Source: Heptranchias perlo
Taxonomy: Eukaryota
Direction of reading: 5' to 3'
DNA: 64,000 nucleotides
Assembly: GCF_035084215.1 (NCBI RefSeq)
Contig: NC_090353.1
Coordinates: 36,890,001-36,954,000 of the forward strand
Position 1 is the first letter of the stretch. The number at the start of each line of letters is the position of its first letter. Positions 49,966-62,675 of this stretch are shown one piece after another. The translations under genes were made by a program, and so were the position numbers. The notes under the pieces were generated by a model, which saw only the letters and a list, made by a program, of their open reading frames with translations, had not been told where the DNA came from and did not search any database.

Positions 49966-50884
49966 GTGAGTCTATCCCAAATCACCAGCTTGTCTGTCTG
50001 GGCACCTGTACCACTTCTTGTATCCACTTGTTAATGTGCCTTGAAATAAACATTGGTCTGCTGATTTCCAATCCATAACAGGAGGGTGATTGGTCCACCG
50101 ACACCCTCACCGATCTGTAACTTTGAGAGCGTGACTGTGACATTAGATCCTGATCCATAAAGTTGCAGCTGGTGAACGTGGCACTGGACCGCTGGCTCAG
50201 GTTCAGTGTTTTGCCAGCACGGGTAGATATCCTCCAGCTATGCACAGGGGAGCCAGTGCATTTTGTGTGCTGTTGCCATCCAGCAGTTGGAACTATGGAC
50301 CAGTTTACTCCTCACAATTGGCTGGTTCTCTGTTTTCATCTGGAATTCCTTGAAGGGCTTTGGGACATCCCAAGGCTGTGAAAGACGCTCTGTCAATGCA
50401 AGATTTTTTTTTCGTTTGGATTTGGGTTAGTGTGAGCGGTTATAATGTAAATCCAACCAAGTATTCCTGAATTGTAGTCACTGTTGTAATGTAGGATACA
50501 CGGCAGCCAATTTGCACACAGCAAGATCCCACAAACAGCAATGTGATAATGTCCAGATCATCTGTTTTAGTGATGTTGGCCCGAGGACACTGCGGAGAAC
50601 TCCCCTGCTCTTCCAGTAGTGGCCATGGAATCTTTTACATCCACCTGAGAGGGCAGACGGGGCCTCGGTGTAATGAGTCATACGAAAAACGGCACCTCCG
50701 ATAGTTCAGTACTGCACTGAAGTGTTAGTCTGGATTATGTGCTCAAGTCTCTGGAGTAGAACTTGAACCCACGATCTTTCCTGTTGCCGTCCTCCTTTAA
50801 TGGACATGCAGCTTTTCGCCACCCTGCTGCCCAGAAACAGGAAAGAGGTGATCACAGGGGTTCCCTTTTTTTGCCTCCCTGCAG

Positions 50885-51105
50885 GTTTCTCTACGACGAG
50901 AACAGTTCCTACTACAAATACTACAAGGAGAAGGTGAGGGAGTACAGTGGCGTGCCGGAGAAATCCGACCCTTCGGCCGATCCTGCACCGGAGGCGGCAT
51001 CCTCGGGCCGTTCCGTTCTGCTGCCCAAAAAGCGGAAGGGGCTGACGTTGAAAGTGGGCATGCTGCCACCCAAGAAAATCCGCCCAAAGGCAACGCCATC
51101 ACCGG
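50885..51105 (+). CDS. SUGP2: SUGP2 exon (FLYDENSSYYKYYKEKV..LKVGMLPPKK)
   Basis: 221 nt; LKVGM motif as recalled for SUGP2. Confidence 0.9.
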
Positions 51106-52574
51106 GTAAGCGGGAACAAGCTGTTTACATTTCACTGGAGATGTGTGGATCAAGCCGTGTTGCTCAATGCAGTGGTGACCCCGCCCCCCCACTACCTGAC
51201 CTAATAGAGGGACCCCGTCCAGCCCAGGGGCATTTTAGAAAAATGACGGAAATTAAGACTTAGAGTGACACACTTTTAAAATTTCTGAAAGGTCCATTTA
51301 AATTTATCATCAAGTTGTCAGCTATGACCCACCGCTTTTCATTTTAAAAATGAAATATCCTGGGAAAATTACTGGCACAATGTCCCCTGCTGGTCTCCCG
51401 GGCTCTCAAGTCTTCAGTTCTACATTGAAGTGTCAGCCTAGGTTATGTGCTCAAGTCCTGGAGTGGAGCTTCTGGCCCAGAGGCAATCAATAATGCTACC
51501 CGAGCCAAGCTTGACACACCTAAAGTTAATCCAAATGTGGCCAGGGTTTGACTGGAGGCACTTCACACACTTATTCACCAAGTAAAGGTGGCAGTTCAGT
51601 GTGGTTGTTACCAATTCGAGTCTGTCATAGATACCTTCACAAGTTCAGCGGTATTAGTCGTTCCTGTAAGCTCCTGTAGTCTGAGCATCTTACTTTTATG
51701 GGAGTTGACTCACGCTGCCCTGTATCTCCTTGTACAATAGCAGGACCCAGAGGTGTAACAACGAAACCTCCGTATGATCCGGACATGATCTCGTGTCTTT
51801 CACACATCTGTTTCTTAAATCTCTTGAAAGACTACCAAGTTCACACTAGATGAGACAAGGCTTGGTTTGAATCATTAAGCGGCTTCATTACACAGTTTGG
51901 TGAACATACAGAGCAACAGATAGAATCAGGTTCACTAAGTTCAATTAGTAAAGCCTATTTCCACAGAATGGTGTAAAAGTAATGAACACGTGACGCTACC
52001 CCACTTCAGTGGGTTGTATTACTTAAACAGAATAACCGCTCCGCATTCTGTCCTACATTCAAGGGCAGAACCTGTTCTCTCTGCAGTCTCCTGTCTTTTG
52101 CAGCCTTTTGCTGCCTCGCTCCCTGTGCAGCATCCTGTTTCGAAAGTCTCTCCCTGCGCCCCAAAAGCCTGTCCCTCTTCTATTCTCCATCTCATAGACA
52201 GACAGAGATTAAAGGGTTTTCCAGCACACGGGTGAGAGATGTTTTCTGACAACCCAGATTAGCTTAGAAATTGTTATTGTGGAATGTGTAGGAAAAGCAA
52301 CTTCTGATTAGCATATTGACCGCTTTTTGTCTGTCGTCTGATCTGCGTCCCCTTCATTGAAGCTGTCCCCAGAAAATAATCCCTTTAAAGCGAGATTTAA
52401 CTTAAAAACACGTTGTAAAATAACTAATCTACATCCTTTCAGTGGAAAAATGACCCACAAAAGAATCCAGAAATATGATCTGTCATTCATGTGTCAGTGT
52501 TGTTGAAGCTGTCCTTTTGGTTGTTGCTAAAATCACAGGCGTAAATCACTAATAACTCTCTGTTGTCATTTCAG

Positions 52575-52633
52575 TCCGAGAGCTGAAGAGAATCGGCTAT
52601 GACAAGCCAACGTACAAACAGAAGAAAAAAACA
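52575..52633 (+). CDS. SUGP2: SUGP2 exon (VRELKRIGYDKPTYKQKKKT)
   Basis: 59 nt, tttcag/gtaagt, frame-continuous. Confidence 0.85.
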
Positions 52634-52977
52634 GTAAGTTTAGGAGCATCGTGCACTCGGCCGTTTCTACTGGTACTTATCCTTCTAATCCTCAGTCCTG
52701 TTCCTAATCTGATATTTTTTTTAATATTCAATTGATATATAAATAATTGCTTTAGCTGGGAGCCTATTCCATGCATCCACTACTCCATGCTGGAGCGGAT
52801 ATTTAAATGCTGGCTTGTTGAGTGCAGTCAAACAGTTTAAGAATGTTTTCACATTTTCTCCCGTCCTCTCCCACAGTCCCAAACTCCCAAAGATGTTAGC
52901 CGCGGCTCAGTGGGCAGCACTCTCGCCGCCGAGTCAGAAGGTCATGGGTTCAAGTCCCACTCGAGAGACTTACCCAC

Positions 52978-53011
<34 letters not shown>

Positions 53012-53773
53012 AGAGTACTGAAGGAGCGCTGTGCTGTCTTTCGGATGAGACTTTAAACTGAGGCCCTGTCTACCTTCTCAGGCGGACATAAAATATCCTA
53101 TGGCACTATTTTGAGGAAGACCAGGGGAGTTCTCCTGGTGTCCTGGTCAATATTTATCTCTCAACCAACATCACTTAAAAAAAACAGATTATCTGGTCAT
53201 TATCAAATTGTTGTTTGTGGGATCTTGCTGTGCGCAAATTGGCTGCCACATTTCCTACGTTACAACAGTGACTACACTTCAAAAGTACTTCATTGGCTGT
53301 AAAGCGCTTTGGGATGACCTGAGGTGTTGAAAGGCACTGTGTAAATGCAAGTCTTTCTTTCAAAGGTACTGGTTGTTGTGGGTTCAGACACTCGCTCCAG
53401 TAGCTCCCTCAAGTGACCATTCTTCATACTTGAGCCTTGTCGGCAGCACATTGGACTCCGGAGGGGAGGGCACCCCCGCCGAGCCTGATCCTGTCCTCGC
53501 TGTGAACTCTCCATCAGGGGAGCCCGGGCCGTTTGATCCTCCCTAGGCAAGGGACGCTGAGACAACTTATACCAGTCTACTGTCACCTTGGCAGAAATGA
53601 GCTAACTAAGCACAGACCAGAGACCGAGCCGGGAACCTACTAGTCTGTAAGGCTCAGTTCCACATTGGATGGTGCCTTTAGCCACTGCACCAGTAAGGGA
53701 CCCTGACACCGGTTAAATTGATTCGCCGTTGGGGATGTAAAAGGTTTTTTCTGACCAAATGCTTCTCTTTCAG

Positions 53774-53910
53774 AAAAATGAGGATATAAATTACACTAAA
53801 AACAGGCTGGCAGTGGACAACCTTGGGTACCAGATGCTGCAGAAGATGGGCTGGAAGGATGGAGAGGGGCTGGGCTCAGGAAAACAGGGCATCAGAGACC
53901 CCATCAACAG
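53774..53910 (+). CDS. SUGP2: SUGP2 G-patch exon ([30 protein letters not shown])
   Basis: 137 nt, G-patch motif. Confidence 0.92.
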
Positions 53911-54127
53911 GTATGAAACAGGACAGACAGGGCTGGCTAGACACTGCCCTTTCACGTTTGGGTACTGGTTTCACACCCAGCCTAAACTCCGGCAATGAAT
54001 CTTTGTGTCTCTGCGGGCCGTAAGGGTCCCAGCTTGAACATCACGCCCATTAATGAGATCAAAAGTGTTTGTTGTTATTCAGTTGCCTGCACTCACATTC
54101 CTCACTGTATGAATTGGAAACTAGTAC

Positions 54128-54470
54128 CTTCCACTTCAGTGGGATTTATCAACGATAGGCATAGTACATCCACTGGAGCTGTGAACTCATCCAGTAGTTT
54201 GAATTGTATGACACTGGGGGACAGTACTGGTGTGTACAGGTCTGTCACTGTATAGCACTGGGGGACAGTACTGGTGTGTACAGGCCTGTCACTGTATAAC
54301 ATTGGGGGACAGTACTGGTGTGTACAGGTCTGTCACTGTATAACACTGGGGTACAGTACTGTACACACCAGTACTGTCCCCCAGTGTTATACAATTCAAG
54401 CAGCTGGATGAGTTCACAGCTCCAGTGGATGTACTATGTCTGTCGTTATGAAATCCCACTGAAGTGGAAG
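54128..54470. repeat. Inverted repeat with ~112-nt arms (54128-54239 and 54359-54470)
   Basis: Arms are reverse complements with ~9 differences; the loop consists of 46-bp satellite units. Confidence 0.9.
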
Positions 54471-54656
54471 ATACAGGTCTGTCACAGGAGGTGGTAGAGA
54501 TGGAACAACTTGAAGGAATAAATTCAGTATCTCATGACCTTAATCTGTCTTGGCTCCAGTGGTTTTTTTTTCTCAATACTGCTTTGGTACCAATATACTA
54601 AATAAGCCTTCTAACAGCACTGTAAATCTTACAGAGGAACCCTTTCTCCTCCTTAG

Positions 54657-54792
54657 GGGTGTGACGTCGTCAGACAGGTCTGGGCTAGGAGTCGGCAGTG
54701 CTGTGGAGACGGATGAAGGGGATAATGAGTTTGCCTCTTTCCGTAAACGGATGATGGTGGCATTCAGAAGCAAGCTGCTTTCTAAATCCTAG
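54657..54792 (+). CDS. SUGP2: SUGP2 last coding exon (..EFASFRKRMMVAFRSKLLSKS*)
   Basis: 136 nt; the stop TAG is the final codon, directly followed by donor gtacgt. Confidence 0.88.
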
Positions 54793-55454
54793 GTACGTAC
54801 ATCATACATCTGTGGGGCTGGCCTGCTGCAAACTGTTCAAAAGAAGCAAAACAACTGTAAGATTGTTAGCAGGAGCTGAGATGTTAAGAATGACTTGTAT
54901 TTGTATAGCTTATCGCAGTTCTCAGGGAAGTCCCACAGTGCTTCATGTGCGTTGATTTACATTGAATGTACAGCACAGAAACAGGCCATTCGGCCCAACT
55001 GGTCTATGCCGGTGTTTATGGTCCACACGAGCCTCCTCCTCCCTTACTTCATCTCACTCTTTCAGCATATCCTTCTAGTCCTTTCTCCCTCATGTACTTA
55101 TCTAGCTTCCCCTTAAAGGCATCTTTGCTATTCCCCTCAACATTCTCACCACTCTCTGGGTAAAGAAGTTTCTCCTGAATTCCCTATTGGATTTATTAGT
55201 GATTATCTTATATTTATGGTGGAGTAGAGTGATTGCTGTTATGTCGGCAAAGAAGTTGACCTAACCTTAGTGTCTGTCCCTTTGGCTGAGGAGGGGGGAT
55301 ATCAGACAGAGCTCAAATTCCTGACCGTATCCAGCAATCCCTTGTGTGGATGACAGATGACCACGGGATCGGGCTCAGCTGTTATACCCTCCGTGTTTGT
55401 GTAGCCTGCCAATACTCACTGGGTGAGGCACTGGGGGCAGGTCGTTGGGGCAGG

Positions 55455-56100
55455 AACTGTACCCCAGTGAGAGTCAGCACCTTCAGGAGAGGAGTGAACC
55501 TGTACCCCAGTGAGAGTCAGCACCTTCAGGAGAGGAGGGGACCTGTACCCCAGTGAGAGTCAGCACCTTCAGGAGAGATGGGGACCTGTACCCCAGTGAG
55601 AGTCAGCACCTTCAGGAGAGATGGGGACCTGTACCCCAGTGAGAGTCAGCACCTTCAGGAGAGGAGGGGACCTGTACCCCAGTGAGTGTCAGAACCTTCA
55701 GGAGAGGAGGGAACCTGTACCCCAGTGAGAGTCAGCACCTTCAGGAGAGGAGGGGACCTGTACCCCAGTGAGAGTCAGCACCTTCAGGAGAGGAGGGGAC
55801 CTGTACCCCAGTGAGAGTCAGCACCTTCAGGAGAGGAGGGGACCTGTACTCCAGTGAGAGTCAGCACCTTCAGGAGAGATGGGGACCTGTACCCCAGTGA
55901 GAGTCAGCACCTTCAGGAGAGGAGGGGACCTGTACTCCAGTGAGAGTCAGCACCTTCAGGAGAGATGGGGACCTGTACCCCAATGAGAGTCAGTACCTTC
56001 AGGAGAGGAGGGGACCTGTACCCCAGTGAGAGTCAGCACCTTCAGGAGAGGAGGGGACCTGTACCCCATTGAGAGTCAGCACCTTCAGGAAAGGAGGGGA
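55455..56100 (+). repeat. ~43-bp minisatellite (ctgtaccccagtgagagtcagcaccttcaggagaggaggggac)
   Basis: About 15 units in the SUGP2 3'UTR intron. Confidence 0.92.
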
Positions 56101-56155
56101 ACAAACTGAGCAGGGGGTTGGAAATAATCCCATCTGATCATTCTTTTTGTTTCAG

Positions 56156-57905
56156 GTTAACGTTGAGCTAGTGATGCTGGGAGTTGCCGGAGAGTGGAGG
56201 ATGGACTTCATGGCACAGGCTTACGGCCACAGGAAGTGAAGTGAAGTGACCTGAAAATGCAGAATATTTATAATAGAAACTATCCAGAGAAAGAATGTGC
56301 TGGAGTCCATTATATCTGGTGACTTGCTGTACCTGGTAACTCACTGTACCTAGTAACCTGGTAACTCACTGTACCTAGTAACCTGGTAACTCACTGTTCC
56401 TGGTAACCTGACCATGTAACAACGAAGTCCAGTGCTCCAGTTGGATAATTTGGAATATCCAATGATTCGACTGGAACCAAATGTTGGTGTATCTGGCTGG
56501 ATGTCCCAGGTGTATACACTTGGTCCCTTTGATGTCAGAGGATGAACTGTTATAGGAAATCTATAATGCACTTGTTTCATTTTCTTATATTTTTTTAAAA
56601 CGTGTCTTAACGTATTCTCCGATTTAGATGTCATTGTTTCCCACAGCGGACTGACTAGGCTTGTCCCTGTTTCCATACCCAGTGTTAGTTCTCTCTTTCT
56701 CTCTACTTACTACCCATTTTGAGGTAATATCTTGACGTTCACTGTTGCACGCCCTGGTCTTAGGTAAGTATCTGACTCAACCAGAAGAAAAGTTCACAGT
56801 TCCGTCTTTGGCGGGTTGCAGGTGGAGAGCTGGTGTCTGCCCAAACGTATGGTTGGTAGCGCAACTACCAACTTTCAGACTGCCAGCGGGAACTCTGCTT
56901 GCACAGTGACATTCAGTACAACACAGCCAACCATAGCCATAGCAGGTATTAATCTTGGGACAGTCATCATCACTTATTTTTGTTTGAGGGAAGAGTCTCG
57001 CACCATCACAGGCAAAAACAAAACAAAGCAATTATTCAGTTGTTCCAACAGCCAGGAGGAGTTGTAAGGTGGAGGGTCTGACAAAAGGAGAACTCAATGT
57101 CTGACCAATGTCGGTATTGACACTACTGGGAGGAAGATTTGTCGTGAAACCATAAACACATTTATAAAACACACGTTTGCAGTCTCGCCACAAATGGCAG
57201 GCAGGTGGAGTCCTGCCCCTCCCAATTCCTACTAAAAGGAGTCTCCTTTCCCCAAAGTGCACTGCCCTTCAAATCGCACTTGTCCCATCGCCATAATGTG
57301 TGCCCAAATCCCACAGCCACCAAGGTGGGCATTGGTACCAGAGGTGCAAGGACAATTTAGCAGAAGGCGTATTCGAGCACAAGGGTGTGGGAGTGGGGGG
57401 AGGGTTCTCGTAAAGCACAAGTGAGGCCGTCTGGTTTTGGTCCAGACGTGAGTGGACAAGAGATCGCAGCACTAGACTGAATATGCATCAAGAGCCTGGT
57501 AGGGAGGCGCACGTCCATAATGAAAACCTCTTTTTGAGCCCCGAGTTGTAAAGAGTATTGTAGTGAAAGTGCTTGTTCAGATTCCTGTGTTCTGTGCCGT
57601 TCTCCTTACCCTATTGTGTTTGTCATGTTATTTATATCAGTAGTCAAGCATTGTGAGATTTTGCTGAATTATTTTGCGTTACTTCACTTAGCTCAATCAC
57701 CGTAGGTGCAGCACGGGCCGTGGTGACATCACTTGCCACCGGCCTCACCTGCCCTGCACAGTTGTACTAAAGGTTCCATCTGGCATCTGAATGATGTCAC
57801 CTTCAGTAGTCGATGAGTTGAAGAGAGTGACAGTTTCTTACAGATGTGAAATTTATAATCTGGCTATACTGTACTGAAAAGAAATAAAGCAACTGTGCGC
57901 AAAAC
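56156..57905 (+). other. SUGP2: Probable non-coding terminal exon (3'UTR) of SUGP2
   Basis: Acceptor ttctttttgtttcag ending 56155; repeat-poor UTR-like sequence; AATAAA at 57883-57888. Confidence 0.6.
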
Positions 57906-59159
57906 TTGTCTCACTCACTGTGATATACTTGCATGTCTCTCGATTCAATGTGCAGCCATTTCGTGCACAGCACGATCCCACAAACAGCAATGAGATGATT
58001 GAGTTAGTCTATTTTAGGTGGTGTTGGTTATGGGGAGAATGTTGAGTTGGACACTGGGAGTACTCCCTATTCCTCTTCCAATAATGCCACATGATGTTTT
58101 AACATCTATCTGAACCCCTGCAGACGGGCCCTTGGTTTAAAGTCCCATCAGCTGGACGGCACCTCCGATACTGCAGCACTCCCTCAGTACTGCACTGGAG
58201 TGTCAGCCTGGATTATGTGCTCAGGTCTCTGGAGTGGGGCCTCGAACCTGCAACTGGGCCAGAGCTAAGATTGAAGAATGGGGGGAGAGAGGTTTTTAGG
58301 CTCAGATTTGGCCGACTTGGGCCCTAGAGGAAAACATTTAGGCGAGGGATCCAAGGGCTGCCAGAGGCCCCCACTGGGGCCCAGTTGCAGAGCACTGGTG
58401 GAGATCAAGGGGCTGCCAGTGTGGCCCAGGAGCCAAAGCCGCAACCACTCGTCACTGTTCAGCCTTTTGCAGCCATTACAGGGACTCTCCTATCAATGTT
58501 TTTTTCTTACATGCCTTTGGGGGCTCTTCTTTTTCTCCTTTCTTCTCTCTTTCATGTTCCCTCCCACTCTCCTCCTCACAAAAATTGGTCGACTTCAAAG
58601 TGACTGGGGAAGTCATGAACCTCCAAACCCCTAATGGCTGTGCCCCGCCCACGAAATTCTGATTCAGAACCAAGAGTACTACCCACTGAGCCAAGTCTTA
58701 ACAACTTGCATTTATTTTGCGCCTTTGGTGTAGTAAAATGTCCCAAGGCGTTTCACAGGAGCATAATCAGACGAAGATTGACACTCAGCCACATAAGGAG
58801 TTATTAGGACAGGTGACCAAAAGCTTGGTCAAAGAGGTAGGTTTCTGAAGAGCGTCTTAAAGGAGGAGAGGCGGAGAGGTTTAGGGAGGGAATTCCAGAG
58901 CTTAGGGCCTAGGCAGCTGAAGGGTTAGTGCTGGTGAAACCTACCTCAGCAAAAATTAACACCTTAGGGGGAGAGGGGGTTGAGAACTGGCAAGAAATTA
59001 CAAATGCAACCAAACCCAGCCAGGGTTAACTTCCAGGAAACAGCCACTCAAGCAATATATTTTTTCCCCAAAAAGGTGATTGTTAATTGGAAAAATTTTT
59101 TTTATTCAGAACTAAAATTGCAAGGCAGAAAAATAAATGTTAACATGAGAACTGCAATA

Positions 59160-59442
59160 AAGTGGGCGGCGTTATAATGTACTCCATTCAATTGCGAGGA
59201 GGACTCCTTGACTCTGATCTTCGCTCCATGGCGGCTCATCTTGGCCCGCGGTGGCTGTCGGCGCCGCGTGGCATTCTGGGAGTTGTAGTTCGCGACGTGG
59301 AGGTTGCGCTCGGCGGGCCCGGCATCCGGAACTACATGTCCCAGCAGGCAGCGCGGGGGCGGCGGGGCACGTGACTCCTCCCCGGCCCGGCCCGGGAAAG
59401 GCCCAGCCCAGCCTGAGCCGGCGGCCCCAGTGCAGGCGGGCG
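59160..59442. promoter_or_regulatory. CpG-island promoter of the next gene
   Basis: CpG-rich. ZNF143/SBS-type gcattctgggagttgtagtt (~59272-59290) and actacatgtcccagcaggca (~59331); YY1-like ccatggcggc; ccggaa; E-box cacgtg. Confidence 0.75.
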
Positions 59443-59493
59443 ATGGCAGCGTGCTGTGGGCAGATAGTTTTCCAGCAGGTACAGAGGGCAGCA
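59443..59493 (+). CDS. Candidate first coding exon of an unidentified gene (MAACCGQIVFQQVQRAA)
   Basis: GCGATGG start just after the promoter; donors CAG|gtacag (after 59478) or GCA|gtgagt (after 59493). Protein not recognised. Confidence 0.4.
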
Positions 59494-59829
59494 GTGAGTG
59501 ACTGACTGCAATCCCCAGGGAAATGCAGGAAGGAGGAGCTTGCATTTATATAGCACCTTTCACATCCTCAGGACGTCCCAGAGCGCTTCACAGCCAATCC
59601 TGTTAAAGTGCAGTCAGAGCTGTGGGGAAACAAAGCAAGATCCCACAAACAGCAATCAGATAGGCGACCAGTTAGTCTGTTTTATTAACGATGTTGGTCG
59701 AGGGATAACTATTGGGGGGGGGGCGGGGGAACTCCCCTGCTCTTCCAATAGTGCAGTGGGATCTTTTACATCCACCTGAGAGGAGCAGACGGGGCCTCGG
59801 TTTAACATCTCATCTGAAAGACGGCACCT

Positions 59830-62675
59830 CCGACAGTGCGGCTCTCCCTCAGTACTGACCCTCCGACAGTGCGGCGCTCCCTCAGTACTGACCCTCCGAC
59901 AGTGCGGCTCTCCCTCAGTACTGACCCTCCGACAGTGCGGCTCTCCCTCAGTACTGACCCTCCGACAGTGCGGCTCTCCCTCAGTACTGACCCTCCGACA
60001 GTGCGGCTCTCCCTCAGTACTGACCCTCCGACAGTGCGGCTCTCCCTCAGTACTGACCCTCCGACAGTGCAGCACTCCCTCAGTACTGACCCTCCGACAG
60101 TGCAGCACTCCCTCAGTACTGACCCTCCGACAGTGCGGCTCTCCCTCAGTACTGACCCTCCGACAGTGCAGCGCTCCCTCAGTACTGACCCTCCGACAGT
60201 GCGGCTCTCCCTCAGTACTGACCCTCCGACAGTGCGGCGCTCCCTCAGTACTGACCCTCCGACAGTGCGGCTCTCCCTCAGTACTGACCCTCCGACAGTG
60301 CGGCGCTCCCTCAGTACTGACCCTCCGACAGTGCGGCACTCCCTCAGTACTGACCCTCCGACAGTGCGGCGCTCCCTCAGTACTGACCCTCCGACAGTGC
60401 GGCTCTCCCTCAGTACTGACCCTCCGACAGTGCGGCTCTCCCTCAGTACTGACCCTCCGACAGTGCGGCTCTCCCTCAGTACTGACCCTCCGACAGTGCG
60501 GCTCTCCCTCAGTACTGACCCTCCGACAGTGCAGCACTCCCTCAGTACTGACCCTCCGACAGTGCAGCACTCCCTCAGTACTGACCCTCCGACAGTGCGG
60601 CTCTCCCTCAGTACTGACCCTCCGACAGTGCAGCGCTCCCTCAGTACTGACCCTCCGACAGTGCGGCTCTCCCTCAGTACTGACCCTCCGACAGTGCGGC
60701 GCTCCCTCAGTACTGACCCTCCGACAGTGCGGCTCTCCCTCAGTACTGACCCTCCGACAGTGCGGCGCTCCCTCAGTACTGACCCTCCGACAGTGCGGCA
60801 CTCCCTCAGTACTGACCCTCCGACAGTGCGGCGCTCCCTCAGTACTGACCCTCCGACAGTGCGGCTCTCCCTCAGTACTGACCCTCCGACAGTGCGGCTC
60901 TCCCTCAGTACTGACCCTCCGACAGTGCGGCTCTCCCTCAGTACTGACCCTCCGACAGTGCGGCTCTCCCTCAGTACTGACCCTCCGACAGTGCGGCTCT
61001 CCCTCAGTACTGACCCTCCGACAGTGCGGCTCTCCCTCAGTACTGACCCTCCGACAGTGCGGCTCTCCCTCAGTACTGACCCTCCGACAGTGCGGCTCTC
61101 CCTCAGTACTGACCCTCCGACAGTGCAGCACTCCCTCAGTACTGACCCTCCGACAGTGCAGCACTCCCTCAGTACTGACCCTCCGACAGTGCGGCTCTCC
61201 CTCAGTACTGACCCTCCGACAGTGCAGCGCTCCCTCAGTACTGACCCTCCGACAGTGCTGCGCTCCCTCAGTACTGACCGTCCGACAGTGCAGCGCTCCC
61301 TCAGTACTGACCCTCCGACAGTGCGGCACTCCCTCAGTACTGACCCTCCGACAGTGCTGCGCTCCCTCAGTACTGACCCTCCGACAGTGCAGCGCTCCCT
61401 CAGTACTGACCCTCCGACAGTGCGGCGCTCCCTCAGTACTGACCCTCCGACAGTGCGGCGCTCCCTCAGTACTGACCCTCGACAGTGCAGCGCTCCCTCA
61501 GTACTGACCCTCCGACAGTGCGGCGCTCCCTCAGTACTGACCCTCCGACAGTGCGGCGCTCCCTCAGTACTGACCCTCCGACAGTGCGGCGCTCCCTCAG
61601 TACTGACCCTCCGACAGTGCGGCGCTCCCTCAGTACTGACCCTCGACAGTGCAGCGCTCCCTCAGTACTGACCCTCCGACAGTGCGGCGCTCCCTCAGTA
61701 CTGACCCTCCGACAGTGCGGCGCTCCATCATTACTGCCCCTCCGACAGTGCAGCGCTCCCTCAGTACTGACCCTCCGACAGTGCAGCGCTCCCTCAGTAC
61801 TGACCCTCCGACAGTGCAGCGCTCCCTCATTACTGCCCCTCCGACAGTGCAGCGCTCCCTCAGTACTGACCCTCCGACAGTGCAGCGCTCCCTCAGTACT
61901 GACCCTCCGACAGTGCAGCGCTCCCTCATTACTGCCCCTCCGACAGTGCAGCGCTCCCTCATTACTGCCCCTCCGACAGTGCAGCGCTCCCTCAGTACTG
62001 ACCCTCCGACAGTGCAGCGCTCCCTCAGTACTGACCCTCCGACAGTGCAGCGCTCCCTCATTACTGCCCCTCCGACAGTGCAGCGCTCCCTCAGTACTGA
62101 CCCTCCGACAGTGCAGCGCTTCCTCAGTACTGACCCTCCGACAGTGCAGCGCTCCCTCATTACTGCCCCTCCGACAGTGCAGCGCTCCCTCATTACTGCC
62201 TCTCCGACAGTGCAGCACTCCCACAGTACTGACCCTCTGACTGTCTAGAGGACTGGAGTACAAGGGGGCAGAAGTTATGCTGCAGCTATGCAAAACCCTG
62301 GTTAGACCGCAGCTGGAGTACTGTGAGCAGTTCTGGGCACCGCACCTTCGGAAGGACATATTGGCCTTGGAGGGAGTGCAGCGTAGGTTTACTAGAATGA
62401 TACCCGGACTTCAAGGGTTAAATTACGAGGAGAGATTACACAAATTGGGGTTGTATTCTCTGGAGCGCTCCCTCAGTACTGCCCCTCCGACAGTGCAGCG
62501 CTCCCTCAGTACTGCCCCTCCGACAGTGCAGCACTCCCTCAGTACTGCCCCTCCGACAGTGCAGCACTCCCTCAGTACTGCCCCTCCGACAGTGCAGCAC
62601 TCCCTCAGTACTGACCCTCCAACAGTGCAGCACTCCCTCAGTATCGCCCCTCCGACAGCGCAGCGCTCCCTCATT
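59830..62675 (+). repeat. 33-bp SINE-derived satellite array (~2.6 kb) interrupted by a CR1 fragment at ~62243-62463
   Basis: Unit ccgacagtgcggc(t/g)ctccctcagtactgaccct. The array lies between a Deu-SINE body (59535-59830) and the SINE head (~62680-62790). Confidence 0.92.
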
